49,805 nucleotides of DNA. Source: Candidatus Woesebacteria bacterium (GTDB lineage: Bacteria > Patescibacteriota > Microgenomatia > UBA8517). The stretch is taken from positions 608,963 through 658,767 of the forward strand of contig CP055307.1 of the NCBI GenBank assembly GCA_013374835.1, written 5' to 3'. A program made the translations under genes and the position numbers. Position 1 is the stretch's first letter. Every line of letters starts with the position of its first letter. Positions 10,756 through 18,870 of this stretch are shown piece by piece. Under the pieces are notes generated by a model. It was not told the origin of the DNA. It was given only the letters and a program-made list of their open reading frames with translations, and ran no database searches.

Positions 10756-10764
10756 TGCTAATAT
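10756..10764 (+). promoter_or_regulatory. Extended -10 (TGcTAATAT) 6 nt before ATG; probable leaderless promoter
   Basis: TAATAT 10759-10764, spacer TATTTT, ATG 10771, no SD. Confidence 0.55.
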
Positions 10765-10770
10765 TATTTT

Positions 10771-12789
10771 ATGGAAGAAAACAAAATCCCCCAGATTAAG
10801 CCGAAGTCAATTTTAGACCCACCCGATTTGAAAAAGAAGGATGGGTCTAATGGGATTAGGAAGATAGACTTGAATAAAAAAAGCGGGCGGTTAAGGAGTT
10901 TGAAAAGAAGAAGAGTGGTAATTGTCTTGTCTATTTTTTTGCTTTTTGTTATTTTGATATCGGTGTTTTTAGTAACTCCACTTTATTTAACTTATAAAAA
11001 TTCGAAAGAAACGTTGGCGCGTGTACACGCCCTACGTGCTTCTTTTGACAGTCAAGATATAGAGCAAGTAGAAAATGAGATTAATCTTTTTAATCAGAGC
11101 CTTTTGAAGCTTGACGGTAGCTACTCGAGGCTTCGATGGACTGGTTATTTGCCATTTGTTGGCGTTTATTGGAGGGATGGAAAGGCCGGCATTGAAGCTT
11201 CGAAATACGCTGTTGAAACGGCAGCGCTTGTTGTTGAAGCTGTGAAGCCTTATGTTGACATAATCGGTTTTGGAAACAAAACTAGCGAAGTTGCAAGCGG
11301 AGAGGAAACAGCCAATGACAGAATTGAATTTTTAGTTCATACAATTGAGGGTGTACTCCCTAAGATGGATGAAATTGTATCTAAGGCTAAACTTGCTGAG
11401 GGAGAATTGTCTAGCATTGATACAGCAAGATATCCTAAAGAGTTTAGGGGTATTGAAATTAGGGCAAAACTTGAAAAGCTTATTGATTTGGGAAGTGAGG
11501 GTGCTCGCTTGTTGTCCCAAAGCAAGCCTTTATTGGAAGCAGCTCCCTATATCCTTGGGATTGACGGTGAGAGGACTTACCTTGTGTTGTTTCAAAACGA
11601 TAAAGAGCTTCGGCCTACAGGAGGATTTATTACGGCGTATTCAATTATGAAGGTAAATAACGGAAAAATGGAACAGGTTGTTTCAAGCGATATATATAAT
11701 CTTGACAGTAATTATATACCCCAGATAGCAGCGCCTGAGCCTATTATAAAATATTTAAAGGGCCCTTATGTTCTTTCTCCAAAAATGCGGCTTCGGGATA
11801 TGAATTGGTCACCTGATTTTAAAGAAAGTATGGATCTTTTTACCAAGGAGGCGGAGGATGCAGGTATAGACGGAATAGACGGTATCATTGCTGTTGACAC
11901 ACAGGTAGTTGTTTATATTCTTGATGTTTTGGGGGAAATAGGTGTACCTGGATATGGAAATTTTAGCACTAAGACGGATATGAGATGCGAGTGTCCCCAG
12001 GTAATTTATGAACTTGAGAGCTTTGCCGATGTCGAGGGGCCTGTTGTTTGGAGCGAAAATGAGCCGGGAAAGATAGTTTATGCCCCTGATAATTATGATA
12101 ACAGAAAAAAAATTGTAGGGCCTTTGATGAATTCAATAATTAGCAATGCGCTTGGCCAAGAGAAAGAGAAGCTGCCTTTGTTATTTTTAGCAGGATGGAA
12201 ATCATTAACCGAAAAACACCTGCTTTTTTATATGTTTGATGAAAAAGCTCAGACTGGAGTTGAAGCGTTTAATATAGCTGGAAGAGTGCTTGATTTTGAT
12301 GGCGATTATCTTTATATAAATGACGCCAATCTGGGTGGAAGAAAATCAAATCTTTATACAACAGTCGAGGTTTCTCAAATGATTGAATTAGAAAATGACG
12401 GATCAATTATAAAGACTCTTGATATTACTTATAAAAACACTAAAGATTATGATGGTTGGCTAAACAGCGTGCTTCCAAACTGGACTCGAATTTATGTTCC
12501 AAAAGGATCCGAGCTTATTAGTGTTAATGGTTTTGAGGATGAAAGTGAGGTTTATGAAGAACTTGGCAAGACAGTATTTTCCGGGGGTTTTGAATTAAGA
12601 CCTCTTGGCGTTAAGAAGATTAGTGTTAAATACAAGCTTCCTTTTAAGTCTAAAGGAGGAAATTATAAGCTTATGATTCAAAAGCAACCTGGGGTTGATA
12701 GTCCGCTTTATACAATAGATACAGGAAAGGGAATTGAGGAGTTTTTCTTAAAAACAGATAAAATTTTGGATTTTAAAATTGAGATATAA
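10771..12789 (+). CDS. DUF4012-like membrane-anchored protein
   Basis: Basic N-tail plus one TM; motifs 'YLVLFQND.ELRPTGGF', 'RDMNWSPDF', 'DGIIAVD', 'DANLGG.KSN', 'RIYVPKGS' recognised from memory of the family. Confidence 0.75.
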   Translation: MEENKIPQIKPKSILDPPDLKKKDGSNGIRKIDLNKKSGRLRSLKRRRVVIVLSIFLLFVILISVFLVTPLYLTYKNSKETLARVHALRASFDSQDIEQVENEINLFNQSLLKLDGSYSRLRWTGYLPFVGVYWRDGKAGIEASKYAVETAALVVEAVKPYVDIIGFGNKTSEVASGEETANDRIEFLVHTIEGVLPKMDEIVSKAKLAEGELSSIDTARYPKEFRGIEIRAKLEKLIDLGSEGARLLSQSKPLLEAAPYILGIDGERTYLVLFQNDKELRPTGGFITAYSIMKVNNGKMEQVVSSDIYNLDSNYIPQIAAPEPIIKYLKGPYVLSPKMRLRDMNWSPDFKESMDLFTKEAEDAGIDGIDGIIAVDTQVVVYILDVLGEIGVPGYGNFSTKTDMRCECPQVIYELESFADVEGPVVWSENEPGKIVYAPDNYDNRKKIVGPLMNSIISNALGQEKEKLPLLFLAGWKSLTEKHLLFYMFDEKAQTGVEAFNIAGRVLDFDGDYLYINDANLGGRKSNLYTTVEVSQMIELENDGSIIKTLDITYKNTKDYDGWLNSVLPNWTRIYVPKGSELISVNGFEDESEVYEELGKTVFSGGFELRPLGVKKISVKYKLPFKSKGGNYKLMIQKQPGVDSPLYTIDTGKGIEEFFLKTDKILDFKIEI

Positions 12790-13315
12790 CTCTTTAGGTT
12801 TTGTACTAGCTAGAAGAAATTATTCAGAATCTGATAGAATTTTGGTTTTATTTACCCAAAAATACGGAAAAATTTCTGTCATTGCCAAGGGGGTGAGAAA
12901 ACTTAGTAGCAGAAAAAGAGGACACCTTGAGATTTTTAGCTATATTAAGTTTTCCGCCAGCCGCGGCAGTGGTATGGATATATTGACAGAAGCTGAGCTT
13001 ATTGACGGTTTTAATAGAATACGTAAAGATTTGCGAAGGGTTGCGCTTGCTTATTATTTTGTTGAGATTATAAATAAAATACTTCCGGAGGGGGAAAAGA
13101 ATGAAAAGATTTTTGATTTACTACTGTTTTATTTAAAAAGATTAAAGCGCGAGAGTGAATTAAAAACTTTTAGAAAAGATTTTGTTTGTGACATATTAGT
13201 TGAGGCAGGTTTTTGGCCGAAAGAAAAAAGATTAGCAGATCCTGATACCACGCTTTTAGATGTACTTGAGCGTGCTTCGACGAGCGAAAGAGTGGGGAGG
13301 AGAATTCTTAGTTAG
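12779..13315 (+). CDS. recO: DNA repair protein RecO (short form)
   Basis: GFVLARRNYSESDRILVLFT..GKISVIAKGVRK..SR..GHLE OB-fold; lies upstream of glyQS. Confidence 0.88.
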   Translation: MRYNSLGFVLARRNYSESDRILVLFTQKYGKISVIAKGVRKLSSRKRGHLEIFSYIKFSASRGSGMDILTEAELIDGFNRIRKDLRRVALAYYFVEIINKILPEGEKNEKIFDLLLFYLKRLKRESELKTFRKDFVCDILVEAGFWPKEKRLADPDTTLLDVLERASTSERVGRRILS

Positions 13316-13321
13316 AATTTT

Positions 13322-13330
13322 TGTTATAAT
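13322..13330 (+). promoter_or_regulatory. Extended -10 (TGtTATAAT) 6 nt before glyQS ATG; leaderless promoter
   Basis: TATAAT 13325-13330, spacer AGCTTT, ATG 13337. Confidence 0.7.
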
Positions 13331-13336
13331 AGCTTT

Positions 13337-14680
13337 ATGGATTTATTGGAAAAGTTAGTTTCGTTGGCCAAAAGGCGCGGATTTGTTTATCAATCTTCCG
13401 AGATATATGGAGGCTGGGAAGCTACTTATGACTTTGGACCGCTGGGTGCCGAATTGTTGAGGAATATAAGGAATCTTTGGTGGCAAGAGTTTGTTCATAA
13501 TAGACCTGATATTGTAGGGATTGACGGCGCAATTATAAGCCATCCAAGAGTTTGGGAAGCAAGCGGTCATACCGAGAGTTTTACTGACGTGATGGTTGAA
13601 GATTTAAAAACCCACAAAAGATATCGTGCAGATCATTTGTCTAATAAAATTGAAGACGGAATGACTCCTGAAGAGATTGATCAAGTCATAAAAGAAAACA
13701 AGATTAGAAGTCCTGATGGTAACAGTCTTTCCAAAGCGAAGAAGTTTAATAATTTGGTTGAGGTTTATATTGGCACTTTGGAAAATGAAAAGACCTTGGC
13801 TTATTTAAGAGGTGAAACTTGTCAGCCGATATTTTATAACTATCAATTGATAAAAGATTCTATGAGGATGAAATTACCATTTGGAATCGCGCAAATTGGA
13901 AAGGCTTTTAGAAATGAAATCAAAGTTGGTCCGTATTTTTTTCGAACAAGAGAGTTTGAGCAGATGGAAATTGAGATGTTTTTACATCCGTCCGAAGCGG
14001 ATTATTATTTTGAAAAATTTAAAGAATGGAGCATGTCTTGGTTAAAGCAGCTTGGAATAGATGAAAACAAGCTTCGCTTTCGGGAGCAGGAGTTTAAAGA
14101 AAGAGCACATTATAATAAGATAGCTACAGACATCGAATATAAGTTCCCGTTTGGTTGGAAGGAGTTCCAAGGAATTCACTATCGAGGCGATTGGGATTTG
14201 TCTCGTCATGGAGAGTATTCAAAAACAGATTTTAAATATAGAGACGATGTCCGCAACGAAGAATATATTCCTCATGTTGTTGAGTATTCTATTGGTTTAA
14301 ATCGGCTTATGCTTGTTCTTTTATTTGATTCCTATAGTGAGGATGATGGAAAAGTTACTCTTAAACTTAATCCTCGGTTATCTCCTTATAAAGTTGCTGT
14401 TTTCCCTTTATTATCAAATAGGCCTCGGTTAGTTGATAAAGCACATAAAGTATTTGAAGCGCTTAAGACTAGGTTTCACTGCGCATGGGATAGCAGGGGA
14501 AACATTGGTAAGCGATATGCTAGCCAAGATGAGATAGGAACACCCTGGTGTGTGACTGTAGATTTTGATACGTTAAAGTATGAGACGGTAACTGTTCGCG
14601 ATAGAGATACTAAGCTGCAAGAAAGAGTGTCTGTTGACAGATTGCAGAAATATTTTGAAAATCAATTATATGAAAATTAA
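13337..14680 (+). CDS. glyQS: Glycine--tRNA ligase, homodimeric (alpha2, eukaryote/archaea-like) type
   Basis: KRRGFVYQSSEIYGG, LRGETCQ, GKAFRNEI, RTREFEQMEIE, EFQGI.YRGDWDL, SIGLNR, GNIGKRYASQDEIGTP. Confidence 0.95.
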   Translation: MDLLEKLVSLAKRRGFVYQSSEIYGGWEATYDFGPLGAELLRNIRNLWWQEFVHNRPDIVGIDGAIISHPRVWEASGHTESFTDVMVEDLKTHKRYRADHLSNKIEDGMTPEEIDQVIKENKIRSPDGNSLSKAKKFNNLVEVYIGTLENEKTLAYLRGETCQPIFYNYQLIKDSMRMKLPFGIAQIGKAFRNEIKVGPYFFRTREFEQMEIEMFLHPSEADYYFEKFKEWSMSWLKQLGIDENKLRFREQEFKERAHYNKIATDIEYKFPFGWKEFQGIHYRGDWDLSRHGEYSKTDFKYRDDVRNEEYIPHVVEYSIGLNRLMLVLLFDSYSEDDGKVTLKLNPRLSPYKVAVFPLLSNRPRLVDKAHKVFEALKTRFHCAWDSRGNIGKRYASQDEIGTPWCVTVDFDTLKYETVTVRDRDTKLQERVSVDRLQKYFENQLYEN

Positions 14681-15392
14681 AAAATATCTTCCGTTGATAA
14701 TATTTGTTTTAGGGCTTTTGGCTATGGTGGTTTTGTTTTTTGGTATGTTGAGGGGGCGTAAAGAAGGTAAGCCGGTGGGTGAAGATGTGATCGCTGAGAT
14801 TCCGTTTGAAAAGAGGCCGTTTGTAAGTTTGGTTCCGAGCGAAGACGGGCACTGGCTTAAAATGACAATTGATATGATAAAGATAGATGCAGAAACTCTT
14901 GATTATGAGCTTCTTTATCAAACTGATGCTGGTATAACACAAGGGGTGCCAGGAACTGTAAAGATTGAGGTTGGTATGAAAATTGAGAGGGATCTTCTTT
15001 TAGGATCCGAGTCTTCAGGTAAATTCAGATATGATGAGGGTGTTGAGGAAGGAAATCTGACCTTGAGATTTCGCGACAGCAGAGGAAGGCTGGTAGGTAA
15101 ATTGTCAACTCAGTTTCGTTTGCTTTCTGATATAGATAAGGTTGAATATGGACAATTTAAATTTACGACCGACGGTGATTATCAGGGTTTTATTGTGGTA
15201 ATGGAGACTTTTGGTTTGCCAAAAGAGTTTCAAAGACCAATAGCAAGCGGGCCGTTTGGTGTTTTTGCGTCTGATTCAAGCTTGGTTGGTAATGTAGAAA
15301 TTGAAGGTAATGCTTATTTTTGGGATGGAACTGATTGGGTGAGTGTAAACAAAACTTCAAGTGCCGGTGTTTATATAGGATCTTCGGAATAG
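14670..15392 (+). CDS. Hypothetical protein with N-terminal membrane anchor
   Basis: TM near N-terminus, beta-rich body; start 14670 overlaps the glyQS stop. No family recognised. Confidence 0.75.
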   Translation: MKIKKYLPLIIFVLGLLAMVVLFFGMLRGRKEGKPVGEDVIAEIPFEKRPFVSLVPSEDGHWLKMTIDMIKIDAETLDYELLYQTDAGITQGVPGTVKIEVGMKIERDLLLGSESSGKFRYDEGVEEGNLTLRFRDSRGRLVGKLSTQFRLLSDIDKVEYGQFKFTTDGDYQGFIVVMETFGLPKEFQRPIASGPFGVFASDSSLVGNVEIEGNAYFWDGTDWVSVNKTSSAGVYIGSSE

Positions 15393-15427
15393 CTTTTTAT
15401 TAAACATTTTTTTGGGTTTTATTTGTG

Positions 15428-15456
15428 TTGACATGTGTGTGAAAATATCTCAAAAT
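15428..15456 (+). promoter_or_regulatory. sigma70-type dcw promoter
   Basis: TTGACA 15428-15433, 17-nt spacer, CAAAAT 15451-15456. Confidence 0.6.
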
Positions 15457-15481
15457 GGTGATAAGTGGTGATTAAGGGTGA
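15456..15481 (+). promoter_or_regulatory. Three direct repeats at 10-bp period: putative MraZ-binding (dcw) boxes
   Basis: TGGTGA 15456, TGGTGA 15466, GGGTGA 15476, directly upstream of mraZ ATG 15485. Confidence 0.75.
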
Positions 15482-15484
15482 AAT

Positions 15485-15928
15485 ATGATTATAGGTCACT
15501 ACACAACGAGCTTTGACAAAGAAAAAAGAAGAGTGGCAATACCTAAAAAATTTAGGCAAGCGCTTGGTGATGAGTTGATTATTGCCAGATGGTATGAGGG
15601 TTGTTTAGTAGTTGTGTCCAAAAAAAGATGGGATTTGCTTATGGATAGGGTTACTGGAAAGACAAGGTTTGTAACCTCACCCGTGCGAGATACGGATAGG
15701 TTTATACTTGGCTCAGCATTTGAATTTAGCCCCGACAGCCAAGGAAGAGTGGTATTGCCGGATTACTTAACTAACCATGCTAATTTTGGTTCTGAGGTAG
15801 TTTTTGTTGGGCTTGGGGATAGGGTTGAGATTTGGGACAAAAAAGAGTGGGAGAAAAGAGAATTGTACTTGTCCGCAAATGCAGGGAAATTAATTGAAAG
15901 GCTTGCTGATGAATATAAAGAAATCTAG
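15485..15928 (+). CDS. mraZ: Transcriptional regulator MraZ
   Basis: GHYTTSFD..RVAIPKKFR, EGCL, DSQGRVVLP, GLGDRVEIW. Confidence 0.93.
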   Translation: MIIGHYTTSFDKEKRRVAIPKKFRQALGDELIIARWYEGCLVVVSKKRWDLLMDRVTGKTRFVTSPVRDTDRFILGSAFEFSPDSQGRVVLPDYLTNHANFGSEVVFVGLGDRVEIWDKKEWEKRELYLSANAGKLIERLADEYKEI

Positions 15929-16817
15929 TATTCATCAGCCAGTGATGCTTGATGAAGTAATAGAAAATTTGCACATTAAAAATCAGGCTAAATATATTGA
16001 CGCTACGCTGGGAGCTGGGGGTTACTCGGCAGAAATTATTAAAAACGGTGGAGTAGTTCTTGGAATTGAGTATGATCCTGTAATGATTGCTATTGCCAAG
16101 AAGAATCTTGAAAAAGCCTGCCCTGTTCGAAAAAATTTTTCGGACTTTTTTCAAATACAATGTGGCAATTTCAGCGAAATTGGTACAATAGCCAAAGCGA
16201 ATGGGTTTGAGAGTGTGGATGGAATTGTGTTTGATTTAGGATTGTCGAGCTATCAATTGGATTTTGATAATAGGGGATTTTCATTTAGAAGGCCAAATGA
16301 TCCAATTGACATGAGACTTAATCCGAAGCTAATGGATGTTACTGCGGCTGATCTTTTGAATGTATTAAGGAAAGATCAACTTGTTGATCTTTTTAATGCA
16401 ACTGATTACAAGTATTCGGAAAAGTTAGCTAATTTGTGTTTGGAGAAAAGGCAAGTAATGCCGTTTGAGAAAGTTTCGGATTTTTTGGATATTGTAGCAA
16501 AGGTTTCTCCTTTTAAGCCGCGCAGAATTCATCCGGCAACTCTTCCTATGATGGCTCTTCGGATGGCGGTCAATAATGAGCTTGATAATTTAACAAAGGC
16601 TTTAGAGCAAAGCGTTAATTTGCTTTTGAAAGGCGGAAGGATTTTGGTTGTTAGTTTTCATTCGGGAGAAGATAGAGTTGTAAAAAGCGTTATGAGAAGT
16701 TTTCAAATGAGAGGACTGGGAAAGATTATAACCAAAAGACCATTAAGACCAAAACCCATAGAGATTAAGGATAACTTAAGGTCTAGGAGTGCAAAATTAA
16801 GAATTTTTGAAAAATGA
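15909..16817 (+). CDS. rsmH: 16S rRNA m4C1402 methyltransferase
   Basis: HQPVMLDEV, DATLGAGGYS, FDLGLSSYQLD..RGFSF, IHPAT, VNNEL, SFHSGEDR, RSRSAKLR. Confidence 0.95.
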   Translation: MNIKKSSIHQPVMLDEVIENLHIKNQAKYIDATLGAGGYSAEIIKNGGVVLGIEYDPVMIAIAKKNLEKACPVRKNFSDFFQIQCGNFSEIGTIAKANGFESVDGIVFDLGLSSYQLDFDNRGFSFRRPNDPIDMRLNPKLMDVTAADLLNVLRKDQLVDLFNATDYKYSEKLANLCLEKRQVMPFEKVSDFLDIVAKVSPFKPRRIHPATLPMMALRMAVNNELDNLTKALEQSVNLLLKGGRILVVSFHSGEDRVVKSVMRSFQMRGLGKIITKRPLRPKPIEIKDNLRSRSAKLRIFEK

Positions 16818-17119
16818 ATAAAAAAATAAAAATAAAAAACAGTGCTTATGTTTTGGGAATAATTGTGCTTTTGTCGTTTGGTGTTTTGACGTCTGTGAAG
16901 ATATCTATTATGGGCAACAGGCTACATGAAATAGAAGCGGAAATAGAAAATGTGAGCAAATTTAACCGTGAGATTCAAATGAAAATGATTAAGACATCGT
17001 CTTTAAGTCGCATTTCCGAGTTGGCTCCGAAAATTGGTATGAGATCTGCCGAAAATTTAATTTATTTAAGTACTGCAAAGGCAGGTGTGGGTAATAGTAT
17101 TGTTGTTAAGCTTGAATAA
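16814..17119 (+). CDS. ftsL: Probable cell division protein FtsL
   Basis: Short N-tail, TM, coiled coil; sits between rsmH and ftsI. Confidence 0.65.
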   Translation: MNKKIKIKNSAYVLGIIVLLSFGVLTSVKISIMGNRLHEIEAEIENVSKFNREIQMKMIKTSSLSRISELAPKIGMRSAENLIYLSTAKAGVGNSIVVKLE

Positions 17120-18828
17120 TGCAGAAGAGGATTAAATTTATTTTGGTGGTATTTAATCTTCTTACCGTCACTTTGATAGGGAGATTGTATTATTGGCAAG
17201 TTGTTAAAAGCGAGGATCTGGCTTATCAGGCGCGAGCGCAGCATTTGTTTGGTCAGAATATTAAAGCTATGCGTGGAAATATACTGGCTTCAGACGGCAG
17301 CTGGCTAGCGGTGAGTAGTGATTCCTGGCTTATGTTTGCTCAGCCCAAAGAGCTTGAGAAATCTGTGCGCGAAGTCGCAAACATTGTTGCTCCCTTGATT
17401 ACCGAGACTTCCGATCAGAATGATGTTTATAATGAAGCTGTCAGGATTGAAGGTATATTAAGCAGGAAAGATGTAGATTGGGTGCCGATAAAAAGAGATT
17501 TAGATTCCGACATAAAGAAGAATATTGAAGCGTTAAAGCTTTCTGGAATAGGGTTTGAGTTTAATGAGGACAGGGCTTATCCAGAAGGTTCCAGCTCAGC
17601 TCAAATTTTGGGTTTTGTAGGTAAAGATGAGGAAGGGAATAATCAAGGATATTTCGGTCTTGAGGGATATTATGATTTATTTTTGTCAGGTAAGCCCGGT
17701 TTTTTAGAGAGAGAGCGTAGTGCTGCTGGAGTGCCTTTTCTTGGTGGGAGAAATAGCGAAGTAGAAGCTCAAAGAGGAGTTGATTTACTAACCCATATAG
17801 ATAAGACCCTGCAGTTTATAGTAGAAAAGAAGCTTAAAAAGGGAATTGAAAAGTATGGAGCGGTTGCTGGAGTAGTAATTGTTATGGATCCATCTGACGG
17901 CGGGATAATGGCGATGGCGAGTTATCCGTCTTATGATCCTTCAGAATATTATAAATATGGTGACGAATTTTTTAAAAATCCCGCAATTTCGGATACTTTC
18001 GAGCCGGGGAGTATTTTTAAACCTATTGTAATGGCTGTGGCTTTGGATGCCAAAGTAGTTGATCCAGATACTGAGTGTGATATCTGCGATGGTCCCTATA
18101 GAGTTGACAAATATGACATTAAGACTTGGAATAATAAATACAACCCCAATTCGACAATGACAGAGGTAATAATGAATTCGGATAATGTGGGAATGGTGTT
18201 TGTAGGTAAAAAGCTTGGTAGTGAAAAGCTTTATGATTATCTTAAAAAATTTGGTTTTGGTGAGATTACGGGTATTGATTTGCAGGGTGAGGTTAGTTCC
18301 ATGTTGAGAGAGAAGGACAAATGGTCAGAGGTGGATCTTGCAACCGCGACTTTCGGACAGGGTATTGCGGTTACTCCAATTCAGATGCTTAAGGCTATAG
18401 CGATAATTGCAAGAGGAGGAGTAGAAATAACACCCCAAGTGGTTGATAAAATTATTATTGACGGGTGGGAGGATGATATCGAGCCTTATGAGGGAGAACG
18501 AGTAATAAGTAAGAAAGCTGCGAGTCAGATAACAGAGATGATGATAAAGGCTGCATTGCTTGGTGAGGCAAAATGGGCAATACCAAAAGGGTTTACGATT
18601 GCGGGAAAAACTGGAACAGCACAGATACCTGTTTCGGGTCATTATGATGAAGATAAGACAATTGGATCGTTTGTGGGATTTGCTCCTGCGAGGAAGCCTA
18701 AGTTTGCGATGCTTGTAATGTTAAGAGAGCCTTCAAGTTCGCCTTGGGCTTCCGAGACAGCGGCTCCGCTTTGGTTTGATATTGCAAGGGAGTTTTTCCC
18801 ATATTTGGGAGTACAGCCTGACTATTGA
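17119..18828 (+). CDS. ftsI: Class B penicillin-binding protein (septal transpeptidase)
   Basis: RGNI..DG, GLEGYYD, SxxK (EPGSIFKP), SxN (SDNVG), KTGTAQ. Confidence 0.9.
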   Translation: MQKRIKFILVVFNLLTVTLIGRLYYWQVVKSEDLAYQARAQHLFGQNIKAMRGNILASDGSWLAVSSDSWLMFAQPKELEKSVREVANIVAPLITETSDQNDVYNEAVRIEGILSRKDVDWVPIKRDLDSDIKKNIEALKLSGIGFEFNEDRAYPEGSSSAQILGFVGKDEEGNNQGYFGLEGYYDLFLSGKPGFLERERSAAGVPFLGGRNSEVEAQRGVDLLTHIDKTLQFIVEKKLKKGIEKYGAVAGVVIVMDPSDGGIMAMASYPSYDPSEYYKYGDEFFKNPAISDTFEPGSIFKPIVMAVALDAKVVDPDTECDICDGPYRVDKYDIKTWNNKYNPNSTMTEVIMNSDNVGMVFVGKKLGSEKLYDYLKKFGFGEITGIDLQGEVSSMLREKDKWSEVDLATATFGQGIAVTPIQMLKAIAIIARGGVEITPQVVDKIIIDGWEDDIEPYEGERVISKKAASQITEMMIKAALLGEAKWAIPKGFTIAGKTGTAQIPVSGHYDEDKTIGSFVGFAPARKPKFAMLVMLREPSSSPWASETAAPLWFDIAREFFPYLGVQPDY

Positions 18829-18835
18829 TACTGTT

Positions 18836-18844
18836 TGTTATAAT
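18836..18844 (+). promoter_or_regulatory. Extended -10 internal promoter before murA
   Basis: TGtTATAAT 18836-18844 in the ftsI-murA gap. Confidence 0.6.
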
Positions 18845-18870
18845 GTTCAGAATGCTTGGGATATAAACGA

